Source: Carcharhinus amblyrhynchos | Taxonomy: Eukaryota | NCBI GenBank assembly: GCA_965287045.1 | Contig: OZ336885.1 | Location: 64,418,001 to 64,482,000 of the forward strand | Length of the DNA: 64,000 nucleotides | Reading direction: 5' to 3' | Part shown: one piece after another, positions 25,181 to 38,329 of the stretch | Position numbering within the stretch: the stretch's first letter is position 1 | Layout of the letters: every line of letters starts with the position of its first letter | The notes under the pieces: generated by a model | Told to the model about the DNA's origin: nothing | Databases searched by the model: none | What the model saw: only the letters and a program-made list of their open reading frames with translations | Translations under genes and position numbers: made by a program

Positions 25181-25799
25181 CCAGGCAGAAGACAAAAGTG
25201 GAGATGAAGGGGTCATTCCCAGGATGGCAGCCGGTGACAAGTGCTGTTCCTCAGGGGTCAGTGCTGGGACGCCATTTTTTACAACATAATTAGTCATTTG
25301 GAAGAAGGAACTGAAGGCACTGTTGCTAAGTTTGCACATGATACCAAGGTATGTCGAGGGTCAGGTAATATTGAGATGGAAAAGAGGGGCTGCAGAACGA
25401 CTTGGACAGAATGGCAGAGGGGGCAGAGATGTGTCAAATAGTAAAAAATGCGGAAAAAGTGTGCCGATATGCCCTTTGGAAGGGTAAATGAAGGAACAGA
25501 CTGTTCTCTAAATGGGGAAATGCTCAGGAAATTAGAAAGACAAAGGAACTTGAGAGTCATTGTTCAAGATTCTCTGAAGTTTAACGTGCAGATTCAGTCA
25601 GCAGTTAGGGAGGAAAGATTGCGGTGTTAGCATTTATATCGAGAGGGCTGGAACACACGCTTAGCGGTCTCCTTCTGGGGTTGTATAAGGTTATGGTCAG
25701 ACCCCATTTGGAGTATTGTGATCAGTTTTGTACGCCATATCTAAGGAAGGCAGCAAAACATACACTGAATTATTTGCATTCCAAAGATTAATGTGTGCT

Positions 25800-26560
25800 T
25801 TTCATACACAAATGAGCAAAGTTCAACTCAAATTTTACAGTGAGGTTGCGTTTGCATCGCATTACAACTTTTGAGAAAACAGCGACGACTGCATGCTTTT
25901 TTCACTGGCCGTAACAAAAAATGGTTCATCCAGAAATATATGATTTTGCGTTCCTCACAAAAAAAATGTCTTTTTAAATCTTTTTCCCTGCGTTTTGGGA
26001 AAATTCCCTATTCTTTAGAAATCACAGATCACCGAGGTTCAGATGTTTTGAAAGAAACTTGTTGCAGTTCGTTGGACTCCTGAAACTTCTATGCGTCCCT
26101 CTCCATTTTCTTGCACGATATTAGCACTGTCTGTTGCAGCACCCCATTAAAAGGTTCCAGGTGGAAGCAGATGTGAGAGACGCATCATATTTCCCACTTT
26201 TTTCTTTCCAAATGAACCAACACATTTTTGCGACAATTCTGATGGCAAACAGACCTCTTTGCACCTCTCACAAGTTGGCACATTATAGTACTGTCAGGCT
26301 GGCAATTTCAGGCCGTTATTGATTTATCACCCACTGTCCAATTCTGAGTTGGTGGAGAGCTATCATTGGTCATGACGTGAATGTGGCAAGGCCTAATTTG
26401 CAGCGCATTGCTGCGTCGGAGAGACCGCTGTAACATGAACAGGCAGCGCCTCTGTTCTCCAGAAATTAGTCACGATAAAACGGTTGAGGGGAAAATGCTC
26501 ACATGATGTATTGCGGGATTCTGCACTCCGAAAGTTTCAAATACGACGCAACCTCAGATG
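25800..26560 (-). pseudogene. Two adjacent degenerate C1 domains
   Basis: First: FIVTNFW..SLTVL..GAKRSVCHQ. Second: HLLPPG..QTVLISCK. Confidence 0.45.
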
Positions 26561-26656
26561 TTTGCTGAAATGGAACCCTCACAATGGATAAATGATTGTC
26601 AGCTCAGCCTAACAAACAAACGGTAGCTTAATTGCCAGAACAAAAAATATACGTAC

Positions 26657-27368
26657 CATTTCTAATGGTTCCCAACACATTATCTTACAGCTGTGGTCAT
26701 TTTCCAAGGAGTGCATGCAATGCTCACGTGGACGAAAAGTCCATAGTCGTTCTTCTTTTTCCACCCACGTGTATTTAAACGTGTGCATTTGAGAATGGTC
26801 GTCTAAAGGACTTGGAATAAATTCCCTATTGCATTCCTTTCAGCCAACAGATATCATTTCACACTAACTTTAATAAATACGATTTTTCAATTGTCTGTTG
26901 ATTCTCTTTATCACATTTTGGTCTTGCACAAATTGAAAACAAGCCTTCGCAAATATTTGCTCTTTTTTTCTTCCAATGGAGCAACTGATTTTTTTTTCTG
27001 TCATGAAACTCGGGCACGTGTTCCAGCATTTATTTCCGTTGGTTGATCTCTCTTAAAAATATGCTGATGAACCACGGGACAACTCGCCACAGATCTCGCG
27101 ATGCACAAGCTGTTCCAGTATATGACTATATATTTCCCGCCGTCGTGACAATCGACGTGGATTGGATGTTTTCTGGCGAAAATGACTCCTTGCGCTTTAT
27201 TGCATATCTCGAATGCAAAAATATACGTTTTATACTTTGCTCCTTCACGAGGTTCCATTATTTTTTAGAGTGCATGTTCCGTATGCTCCAAATTTCTGCC
27301 GTTTCTTTTTGGTAATTGGTGCCTGAACTTTCGTGAAATGGGTGCCATGCAAGTGGGATGCTATTTTT
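26657..27368 (-). pseudogene. Two adjacent degenerate C1 domains
   Basis: First: AEIWS..DGGKY..SLCI..SCPVVHQ. Second: ICWLKG..YGLFVHVSIACTPW/ENDHSCKI. Donor gtacgt. Confidence 0.55.
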
Positions 27369-27394
27369 CTGTATGCTGAGAAGCACCGTGTATG

Positions 27395-27800
27395 TTGTTG
27401 GAGTTGGACGTCTCCAGCCAAGTAGAATATACGCTATATACTCCTGACTTGTGCCGTGTCGGTTATTGGAAATGTTGAAGAAATATGTCTAAAACATTGC
27501 ATTCCACACCCCAGCATTGATGACATCTGAACGTTTCTTTCAGATAGATGATTTTATTTTATGTACGTCGCCGTTTTCCCTTCATAATGATGACTAATGA
27601 TAATTCTCTCTACAACTCCAGATTTTGGCTTTCATCGATTCATCCATGGTGATTTCAAGGGAAATTGTGTGATGCTATTCTGTTTGAAAGCCAGTAGTCG
27701 GGACACTGCGTGATGAGAGTGTCAGTCGCTTCCTTGCAATTGTAACCCATTGCTGTCGAGTAAATTTTGCACTTTCAGTTTGACAGAATCTTTGTTTTGT
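27395..27800 (-). pseudogene. Degenerate V domain
   Basis: LTLS..TTGF (CxTSGF-like), LDI..TDTA, and a weak J-like YLAGDVQL. Confidence 0.4.
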
Positions 27801-27934
27801 TTTAAACTTTCTTCTTCTTTTTGATTGAGTTCTTCTTCACGACATTCTTGTTATATATTTTCACTTCACCTCTTCCCCGTCGCCTCGTTATCCTCCTCCA
27901 TCTCGTTCTTCTTTTTCCTGTTCTTGTTTTCTTT

Positions 27935-29425
27935 TCCAAAATTCAATGACGTAGCGTCAACTGCTTCACTGGGCAGAGAATTCCACAGATTTCCAACCCT
28001 TTGCCTGACGATATTCCTGCTCAACTCAGCCCGAAATCTGCTTCTCCATATTTTGAGGCCACACCCCCAGTTCTACTTTCACCTAACAGTGAAAACAACT
28101 TCTATGTTTCTATCTTATCTATTCCCTTCGTAATCTTATATGATTTTAAAACATACCCACTCCACTCCAGTGTCAGTATATCCTTTCTCAAGTAAGAAGA
28201 CCAAAACTGCACACACTACTCTAGGTGTGGCCTCATCAGCATCTGATACAGATGAGACATAACCTCACTATTTTTAATCTCCATCTTCCAGCAATGAGGG
28301 ACAAAAACCAATTTGCTGTCTCAATTACCTGCTGCACCTGCAAACAAATTCCTTATGATTCCTGCGCAGGGAAAGCCAGGATCCTTTGCCCAGCAGTATA
28401 GTGCAATTGTTTATCATTTAAACAAGAGTCCATTTTGTTGTTACTCCTACCAAAATGGGTGACCTATCATTTACCAAAACTGTACTCCAATCCAGACCCT
28501 TGCCAATCACTTAGACAATTGATATCCCTTTTCAGACCTTCAGTGTCTTCTGCATGTTTTGCACTGCCACTCATGTTATTATCATCTGCAAATTTTGGCA
28601 CGCTGCAATTAGTACCCAGCTCCACATCGTCTATGTAAATCTTGAACATTTGAGGTCCCAACACGGATCACTGAGGCACACACAAGTCTCTGATCGCCAA
28701 CTAGAAAAGCACCGTTTTACCCCCAATGTTTGCTTTCTATTAGTTAACCAATCCGCTATCCATGCTAATACATTACCCAAAAGACCGTGTCGCTTTCTGT
28801 GATGCAGCAGTCTTTGGTGCATCACTTTGTTAAATGCCTTCTGGAAATCCAGATACACCACATCCATTGGTTCCCCATTGTCCAATGTGCATATAATGGT
28901 CTCAAATAATTCCATCAAATTCGTCAAACGTGACGTGTCCTTCATGAACGTCTTTCCAATGGAACAATTTATATCCAGTTGTCTCCCTATTTATTCCTTG
29001 ATAAAAAAAAAACAAGCATTTCCCTTTCTACAGAAGTTCAGTTAACCGGCTTCTACTCCCCACTTTTTGCCTGCCTCCTTTTTTAAACAGTGTTGTCACA
29101 TTTGTTGTGTTCCAATTTGCAGGAACCACCCCAGAATCCAGCGAGTTTTAGCAAATTACCCCGAGTATATTTGTCATTTTACCCGCCATCTCTTTTAGTA
29201 CCCAAATGCATTCCATCGCGGCCAGTCGACTGGCCTATCTTTGGAACTATTATCTTGCCCAACACTACCTCTTTCGTCATAATGATTGTTTTTAGATCCT
29301 CACCCGCCATAGCCTTCCTGCCATCAATTTCTGGCATGTTATTTGTGTCATCCAGTGTGATGACTGACACAAAATACCTGTTCAAAGCCTCAGCCATTTT
29401 CTAATTTTCAGTTATTACATCCCCG
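27935..29425 (-). mobile_element. Old CR1 ORF2 3' half
   Basis: MAEALNRYFVSV, DVVYLDFQKAF and LGPQ..YIDD..KFADD ORFs. Confidence 0.9.
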
Positions 29426-29699
29426 TAAAAAAAATGTCGAAACATCATGCACATTAGAGGCGAGTTTCCATATTCCCATTACAGACAACTCCTCATATTA
29501 TTTTTTTGAACTTGAGTTTGTACTTACATAAATAACGTTCATAAGGATGTAAAATAGTTGTAAAAACGGTCAAGACAAAACAAAAACAAAACAGTGTATG
29601 AACCTTTGAAAAGCTGCATTTGTGATCTATGCTGGAATCTATAAACGCAGGTGTGCAGATAACAAAAAAAACATTTGCTTCAGAGATCAAAATAATCAG

Positions 29700-30270
29700 G
29701 GTTACCAATTCTGCAGAGCTGTTTTTGCAGTTTTGCTGGCCTATGATTTTAAAGAAGGCAAACAGCGAACATTGTATGACCTTAGGGAAAGCTTTGGTAA
29801 AGCCTCATCTGGGCTCGAAACGTCAGTTTTTTTTTTCTCTACTTGCAGATGCCACGAGGCCTGCTGAGATTTACCAGCATTTTCTCTTTTTGTCTCAGAT
29901 GCCAGCATCCTCAGTTTTTTTTTAATACAGTAATACATGAACTCCATTGCCTTAAGTTCTGTCCCCACGAGGATTTTGAGTAATGCGTTCAATGCAGATA
30001 GGGACAGTTGAGCCAACATCAGTAGCTAGTTCTAAACATCCCAGCTTCGAGTATCTCTCAAAATAATTCACCCTCTAACCAGAGAAAGGGACAAAACCCA
30101 TCGTGTTTTCAGACGGTCGACAGCTGTAGAAGAACCAATAGAAATTATCTAAATTCTATCAAGTGTGCTCGTATCATTCCATCGAGAGTGAGCAGAATTC
30201 TGTTTTTTTTTCTCTGCTTTGCAAATGAATGTTCCTTCTATTGATAAAGTTCCTTGGTATTTAATTAAAT
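29700..30270 (-). pseudogene. Degenerate V domain, interrupted after YYC by a short repeat
   Basis: NFYWF, and LKILVGTELKAMEFMYYC with YYC at 29927-29935. Confidence 0.5.
29785..29915 (+). mobile_element. Penelope-type terminal repeat fragment
   Basis: tcatctgggctcgaaacgtcag..gcctgctgagatttaccagcatttt; related copies near 38095-38220 and 52300-52535. Confidence 0.55.
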
Positions 30271-30399
30271 TATATTTTACATTTCTCATGTGTTACGCTT
30301 TTATTTTGACGAATCTCGAAAGACTATTTAAGGCCAAATAGCACCTTCGCAAATAATTAAGCAAATTACTACGCAATTTAATTGGTAATCGCCACTGTG

Positions 30400-30762
30400 T
30401 CATAACAGCATTTTCTCCCGTTTTTCCCTAAGTTTCTCTTCAAACCTATGACATTTGCATGATTGTTTTGCGAACTTTTTCTGATTTACTAGTGATCGGA
30501 ATTAGCCTGCTCGTATGTGCTTTGATGATTTTTTTAAAATGTTCTTGTTTTACAAACCCCATCTCAATTTGTAGGCAAGTTAATCAATGTCATTGTGTTC
30601 CAAGCAATCCAAAATCCATCAATTTAATTAAGTACTGCTCAAGCATAGAGGCTGAATTCGGCATAACAAAACCTCTCCTCAATGTGCGCAGTTGAAGAAC
30701 ATCCGTGACACAATGTTGATAACCATTAGAAGTGCGAAGAAACAGGCATTTTGCACGTCAGG
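30400..30762 (-). pseudogene. Degenerate C1 exon
   Basis: Acceptor tttcctctccaaag; VLLCRI, HTSRLI, KQSCKCH. Confidence 0.5.
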
Positions 30763-30856
30763 CTTTGGAGAGGAAAAAAAAATCCAGATTTTACTTTTGT
30801 TTTCATTTTCCCACGCTCATTTCTGAGCACTTTGCATTTATTACACTACATTTTAC

Positions 30857-31204
30857 CTTGTATCTGAGGTTGTGACACATGGACCATGAAGCCTCGAGTA
30901 TTGAAAACGTGTTCCAATTCCATTTTCTTTTATGTAAGAATCAACAACCTCGAAGTGATTTGTCTGACTTAGCATCAAGCAATACAACAGTCATTTCTGG
31001 TATTGCAAACACAAACTCAACCACGCAAATTTAATGCGCGTTTCAATTTAGTACATTTTGCTGTCAGTCTCATACTGCGACCTTCGAAAGCAGCACGTTT
31101 TCAATCAAACAAACCATTTGTAATTCTAGCAGCGAAAATTACTGACGCAGTACCAATCTTGCCGGAGTTTTCGTCGGATAGCTTCAAACATGCAGCACAG
31201 GTGG
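30857..31204 (-). pseudogene. Degenerate C1 exon
   Basis: ttgttttgccag acceptor and AAG|gtaaaa donor (348 nt); PPVLHV, GTASV, ITSRLLI..KWN..VF. Confidence 0.55.
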
Positions 31205-31329
31205 CTGGCAAAACAATATGAGAATTCGCAATTTTCAAATTACACCTGGCAAACGCCATTCAAAAAATGCATATATTTCACCAGACAAATCTTAAAATGA
31301 AACGTTACACTTTTGCTTTGTTTGTGCAG

Positions 31330-31720
31330 TAATTTGCTCTGACATTTTAAATTCGTGTCTACCTGTTTCTTTCTCATCAAATACATTTTCTGTCAAATGA
31401 CAAAACAAAATTTCGATCATTAATTAATAAATCGCTCGACATTTCCAGTTTGATTTCTATTCAAAGCTACTGTTAAACAATGAGATAGAATTAAAACTCT
31501 GTTTGACGCTCAAAAACGAAATACTTGGCCGGAATGACACTTAGAGACCACATGTTCTACCATACTCTGATAACTCGACGAATGTCGTTGTCAGTGACAA
31601 ATAAACAACAACAAACTTCTCTTTTGCTCTTTAAGAAACATCAAATAGTTTGAAACAGGAATAACCAAACTACTCCCGAAATTATTTAACTGGAAAATAG
31701 TGAATTCTAACACCAGTTGT
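31330..31720 (-). pseudogene. Weak V-domain candidate
   Basis: AIY* at the expected AxYYC position, followed by an FD..G..J-like stretch. Confidence 0.25.
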
Positions 31721-31999
31721 AACTCAGCCATCGGCCAATAAAGCTGCAACAGCAGCATTGTCACGTTTCAGTATGAACACAAAGCAGTAGAAAACACACC
31801 GATCACCTCTAAAAAAAAACTGTCCATCAGCCCTATTTCAGCCCAATATGAAGCAAATGAGTGATCTACAGTTGAAATGATTAATAATCATGCACGTTTA
31901 AATATTATGTAGGTTTCTGGGAGCGCAAGTGATGCTTTCTTTAAGTTTAAACCCACTGGGAGTGGTTACTTCAAGCAACCCACACGGAGGAGTGTCAGT

Positions 32000-34900
32000 A
32001 GCAAACAAATAAAGTTTTATTGCCGAAGTGTTGTTCTCACCCTTATGCACTCAGCTGCCTGCTGAGGGGGATTCTGGGGACGTCACCCCTCGTCACTTGA
32101 CCTATCTCTGGCAATGGGTTGTGCCGCACAAAGATAACAGTCCTCGATGCAACATGCTCATGCTCATCCAGAAATTACAATTGGCTATTTCTATAAAAAG
32201 TCATGAATGTACCAGTTACAGACATTAATAAAAAAAAAACTTCACCTCCCACCAAACGGCCAATGTTTTATCCAGAAGATCTATCGTTCCAAAGACTTGC
32301 AGTTGTTTGGACGTTGTTGCCTAGGTGCTGGAAACTGCCTTCAAATTCAACCCAACGATTTTGTCTCTGCTGAGGGGAGCTTCAGGGAATCATCCATACC
32401 CACATTATCAATCATCACTGCTGGTATTCCTGGCTCATCGGAAGAAGGATTAAGGATGCTCTCCTCCTGCGAGCACTTTCAGTTCTGGCTGAAACGTCTC
32501 CAACTCCTGAGCTGGTGTTTCTGCATCTGGAATAGATGGAGCGACTAATTGGCCTGCATGTCCAAGCCAGTCCAATCCATCTCCCATCTATATATTCGAG
32601 GTCAGCTCTATGCCCCACGCTATTATCATTGCAGAGACTCAATCCCTCTCCTGTGCACAGTTTCTCAGTAGGACTACAATGCATTCTTGAAAAATGGACA
32701 GTTTTTATGTGCAGCTCTGAACTATTTCTGCCTCTCTTTTCTCCATGTCATCGTTTGTCTAATCTCTGCCCATCTTCCTGAATCAATAAATAATGTCTTC
32801 ACAGCATCACCGTCGCTGATGGCCACTTATCATTGCATGTGATGTGTTTCTGTTCACACTTAGAAAATTGTTTGCTTATCACCTTAATGATCCTGTCCCC
32901 TTTGAAATCTCCAACGACTGATTACCCGAATGTACAAATCGCTCCATTGTACCATTCGTCATCGGGGAATATGGCCCTCAACTTTAAAGCCAAATGGCAT
33001 ACAGTTCCATGTATTCGTGAAATTCTGGTTACACAAACTGCAGCCCGTTGACGTTCACCACTTTCTCTCATTAATCAAACTTGGCGGAATTCGGACATGT
33101 TCAAGGCCAACTCTGTAGTATTGTTTTCATGAAAATCACTTTCGGGCATTTCGGCTATGCAGTAATTTCATTCGTAACTTGTGATTTTCCACTTGCCTAG
33201 CGAAATCGATATGGACGCTTTCCCATTGCGTTCTTGGCCAAACAAAATAATATATTGGTAATATGGTGTTGCTTTCCGAATTTGGGAACGTGTTACATAT
33301 GCTCCTGCTTTCATTCCATTCTAGCATCAATATTTGGCCACCAGCCGTAACTCATATCAACTGTTTCTGACATATCACGTCGTCCAGCTCGTCCCCAGGC
33401 AAGACAGTCTATAGAACGACACACGCAACCGACAAGTTGGAGTGATCCTGCACTGCAATTCCTCACTGTCTTTTTCAGACTTCAATTCTGGGTCCTTCTT
33501 GTGATAGGTTGTCTCCCTTCCAGACCAGTTCTATCAATTACCTCAGTCCCCATAATTTAAACGCCCCGTCCACTCTCAAATCGGAGAGCGTGAGACAATG
33601 CAATTGCCCTTTGACCTCGAGCAGGATATTTTGTGGGACGAGACTGTAAACTTTCCACTGGTATGTGATACTTTCTTTTGGCTGGTTTAGCATTCACATT
33701 TGCAATCAGGACATTTTTCTCTTCTGGAATACGCATAATCTTCACCGTCTCCACGAAACACGCCTGTGCACAGGTGCAGAATATCTCGAAAAATCGTACG
33801 TTGACCTGTAGATCCAAGGGACAGTAAAGGAGCTTATACCAATTGCCTCACACGATCAGTACCTACCTTTGCAACCCCGTGGCAGCCACTGATGGAATAC
33901 CGACACATGGAATCAACTTCCGTGTGAGTGATTAGTACTTCAGCAACAAGACACATTTCCCCTCATAAGCAAATTATGGAAATGTCGCCAGATGAAACAA
34001 ACTTAGATGCGACAATTATTTTTTTTTTTAAATCTGGGAATAATTTTAGTCTGCCTCAGAACGTGTCCAGAACGTGATAGCAATTGCCTGATGTTCCCCA
34101 TTGGCCATCACTTCGAAAAAAAACTGCCACGACCGCCCCCCGCCCCGACCTCCCAACTATGGAGACATGTCACATGCCTAATGAAGAACTAACTGGGTGT
34201 GAGTTTATTAGAAAAAAGTCCCACTTCACGCCCCCTTTGTCGCTTCATATGTCTTACCGCACTATACCGTTCACTGTTAAAATCGAGTTTTCATCAGTTG
34301 TCGTTGCAAATACTTCAAAGTCATCAACAAATACAGGACACATTTGCCGTGACAATTGATCAGTTCATGGAAGAATCTCAACTGATGGAATATCCAAGGC
34401 ATGGGCGCCTCTGTCATGTTTACCAGTTACTTTGGAGCGTTATTCAACACCTCAATATCGATGGTCCACATAATCCACTGAGTGCTTGAAAATTTCACCT
34501 GTGTATTTCCTAATTTTCAGAGAATGTGATTGCATTCTCTTCAGCGTCTCTTGCAGATGATCTAATCTTTCCTCGGGGGTGGCCCCCGTGTCTAATTATT
34601 GCACCAAGTATTATTGCACCAACAGGAGCACATTTAGGATTTTATCCCTTTGATCTTGATAACGACTAGAGTAAATGCAATTCCAAAGTGTTGTCGAACT
34701 ATTTTGGACGTTAGTTATTAAGTGGGTTTTGAAATGTCGGTCGCCACCATTTGTAAATGAGCTTGGGAAAGATATATTTTGCTCCCCCCCCAAAAAAAAA
34801 ATAAGGCTGATGGAGATAAATGATGGGTGAGGAAGGCTATTTAACGCGGAAGTCACTCATGGCCATTTGTTCCAATGCGGCCAAACTCACCAAGAACTCC

Positions 34901-36290
34901 AGTTCGGCCTCAATTTCGGGTCAAATTGCACATTGTACTGGTAAACTCCTTTTATGCTCCTTGGGTGAACTCCCGGTTTCAGTCCTATGCTTAAGTCCAC
35001 TCCTTCGTATTTCCAAAGCATACAATTAAATATTTCCTTGTATCTTTGCAAAGAGTTGTCCAGGTCCGAACGAGCTTCTGTGAGTCTGCTTCCTACTTCC
35101 CAATGTACTATCAACGGCTTGACCCAAATTCTTCCGAACAACGCAGCACAAATCATTTTCTTAAGTACAAGTGTAGACGTGCGCAATTGTCGCTCAGTGC
35201 ATCTGATCCGTCAAAACTTTCAGAACAGTATTTGAGGGTTTCAGTGAAAAGCGATTCAATTTCTCTTCAGATATACGCTCAGGAATCAACGGTACCGCCG
35301 CCGCGGTGCACATTTCCATCATTATTATCTTCCCGTCCAGTTTGACCGTCGACCAAAGCAGCTCTACATCACCATGTGTTGACAACACGTGAAGTTTAAA
35401 TTTCTTCCCTTCGTTGGTTCTCTTCGATTTCAGGATCCTCTGATTCATTCCTCCCTCAATATTGTCACCTGCAAATTCCTGCAGGTCATGTGTCCTGACC
35501 GTTTCTCTTTCACCGCATCCTGGGACATGATGCTGTTCACTTACGGGCGAAATTACCTTTTTTCTTCTGCAACTTCCACATTGAGCTGTTCTCATTCAGC
35601 CACTGGTCTCATTGCAGACTCATTACCACAATGACAACCCTTCCGTTTAACTGATTGTCCTTCTACGCCCACGATCTTTTATACTGTTGCCCTCGTGCCC
35701 GAGTTGCATCCCCTTTCATGATACTGTAAAAAATAATCCCTTTTAAAAACAAATTATTCTTCTTTCACCGAACTTTCCCGAGCTTATTCATGTTGCAATC
35801 CTCATGCAGGACGGTCGTGCACCGGCTTCTGACGAAAACACCTTTAATGACAATAGTTTGTCAGGCTTTTGATACTCGTGACAAATTTAACAATGTTTTC
35901 TCCCATCAGTTTTCCCTGCCTTAAACCTGCACGTGTCTGCAATGTTCAACGGTTCTGGCGCGAAGTGCATATTTAGTTACTTGCGAAAATCTGCGACTGA
36001 TTAACAACTGGTGCATCTGCCTTCAGCATGCTCCTTAGGTCTCTGTACGTTTGTTCCCCACTGTGCTCAGGAATACTGGAAAATCAATAAAATTTTCATC
36101 GCTTTCAAGATAATTAAAATGTTATATCTCTGTAAAACGACCACGTGGCGGTTTCCTCGTGGAACTCTCCGATTGCTCTGAATTTCCCACCATTTTGTCT
36201 TGTTGGCTGCTTTAACAGGAATCCTCGCTGGCCCCGCAGTGTCCAACGTTCATCAACGGCAACAGAGAGCACGATCGTCGCTGCACCCCT
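32000..36290 (-). mobile_element. Decayed Gypsy LTR retrotransposon (gag-PR-RT-IN)
   Basis: gag-like FLSTVG; protease VKLDG..MEMCTAAAVPLI; LFGRIW; integrase WESVHIDFA. Confidence 0.8.
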
Positions 36291-36489
36291 CTCAGAGTGT
36301 GCGATTTCTTTCCACACTGTTTGATCAATGCTCAGTTTAAACGCAATGAAGATCTGAAGACCTATAGTCAGCAAACTAAGCAGCGCACATGCCTGGTATC
36401 CTTAAATAGCACATGGTGATCTGTTGCAACTGTATTAAAACTGAAATTTCCGGGACGGGAAGCTGCAAAAGAAAAATAGCACAATGGCG

Positions 36490-36830
36490 AAAGTCGCAGA
36501 GACATTTTGGGATCCGTTGACAAGCTGTTCTTCTGACATTCCATTCCTCACCTGCCTGCAATGGCAAATTCCAAGCCAGGCCACCAAATGCGCCCGGTCT
36601 CTTGCCCCGTTCATTCAAGGGGTAAAACGTGTGTCTGGTGATTATAACAGTGTTTTATTTTGTTGTTTTGTTTTACGGATAACTATTAAGGAACAATAAA
36701 CACCCCCAATTTCACGACGAGTGGTCACCCGAACAAGGCAGCCTCAGTGTAGGCACGGAATTCATTAAGCTCATCTGAGACGGGTATTTTGTTCCCTGCA
36801 ATTTTCCAAAGTTTTATCTTGCAGCCTGTT
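36490..36830 (-). pseudogene. Degenerate C1 domain
   Basis: PVSDEL, TL-CLVR..EI, and GEEWN..TACQ. Confidence 0.65.
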
Positions 36831-36849
36831 CTATCTTGAAAGCCTTGCC

Positions 36850-37215
36850 ATGCAATGCAGCGGTGTGTCTGCATGGCCTGGGTGTCTAGCTTGGAGATGT
36901 GCAATTCTAAATCGCAGACAAATCATTATGATCAATCTGCAAATAGAATTGCATCCCATCAACCCATGTACCTGGCCCAACAATTTGGCCCGCTGTTGCA
37001 TTAAACACAAACCCTTGCACTGATTGTAACCACAAAATGAACGATCATTCTGTCTTTACTCATTTATCGCTTTGATTTGCGTCATAACAGCTTCAATAAG
37101 TTGTCTTGTTCGGGCAACAACTCTTTATGAAATTGGGGGTGTTTATTGTTCCATTCATGTTTTGCTTGCCGCTTCCGTCGAGTATGCTGGCAGAAGTGAT
37201 GAGGTGATGCAGATG
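36850..37215 (-). pseudogene. Degenerate C1 domain containing a 76-bp internal inversion
   Basis: After re-inverting 37086-37161 it reads LLPAYSTEAASKTASISCLVR..EI; later WVDGMQFYLQIDHNDL. Confidence 0.7.
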
Positions 37216-37294
37216 GAACTACAATCTATGATTGAAAATGCGCTTCATAACAATAATGACAGAGGCGTCTAATTACACTGTTGCGTCCATCACA

Positions 37295-37665
37295 TTTGTT
37301 ATAAATATTTCTATCCTGTCCCAAATGATTAACTTTTTTCGTCAGTTTATGATGCGTTTTAAATATTCGTAAGTAAATGGATTTGTATCTTCTTCTATCA
37401 ATTTGTTAAAGGAACATGCAAAATTGTCGCATAGCTGAAACACAAGTAAACATTACGGATGCATTTTATCAAAACAATGTGATTTCCTCACCAAGCTCCT
37501 TGATTTTCGAAAGGCAATCTCGTAGATCTTGAAATGTAAGACATGAAATGTGATTACAATTCTCAATTGATACCAATAAATTTCAAAACATTTTTTGGGG
37601 GCAAATAATTAATGGGACTTTAATGTCTAAGGTTGTACGGTCTGCTGAATTGGGCCAGGTGAGTT
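37295..37665 (-). pseudogene. Degenerate V domain with joined J motif FGTG
   Basis: VQLTWP, IYWYQ (37567-37581), LIEEDT, and TTTGGGACAGGA = FGTG (37314-37325). Confidence 0.7.
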
Positions 37666-37699
37666 GAACAGAAGAGTTGTCTGTTGCATGCTTCGCCAT

Positions 37700-38040
37700 C
37701 TCTACTTCAAGCTGAATCGACAGTTGTATTTTGAGCTTATATCAACCAATGGCAGAACAATGACGCAACTGAATTTCTGGACAATTTTGTGCAACGACGT
37801 AAACGTTTTTCACCATCAAAAAACAATCAGTCTGTGATTTATTCTTTCACTATATGTTTCTTTGAAATCATTGGAACACGTTGTAGTGGCATGAAATGAG
37901 TTCTAAGTGTCAAAGCTTGACTCTCATTCAGGCTGAGAATAAATTGATTACAGAAATTTAGGGCACGATATGCATTTCCGAACTGATTCCAAACATCAGG
38001 GTCATGATCCAGGATGGTCAATATGCAGTGTGATCATGGT
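37700..38040 (-). pseudogene. Degenerate C1 domain
   Basis: LTIL, DGEKTFTS, SKYNCRF. Confidence 0.4.
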
Positions 38041-38329
38041 GATGAAAGTCCAATGTCTGAACGCAGGCAGCGTTGTGATGATTAAAAAAAAAACACGAAT
38101 TACTCTGGATGTTTGAATCTGAAACAACCACAGGAAAAAAAAAACAATTGGATGGCTCAGCAGGCGACAGGAGAATGTTTGGAAATACGGTCAAAACAAA
38201 AAAAAACCTTCATCACTGCTCGGGACTCTGTGAGCGACAGTAAAGCACATTGGGTGCAACAAATGAAAGTTGCAAAATTAACAAAGTTGTAGAAGCGCTG
38301 ATTCAACTGGAAAGAGTGTGTGGGTATTT

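Larger units (their letters stand above)
22500..25750 (+). mobile_element. Old CR1 ORF2 remnant with nested SINE and satellite
   Basis: GVALLV/SLWVEL (endonuclease), VPEDWKI..LFKKG, FAHDTK, and HLEYC.QF motifs. Confidence 0.85.
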
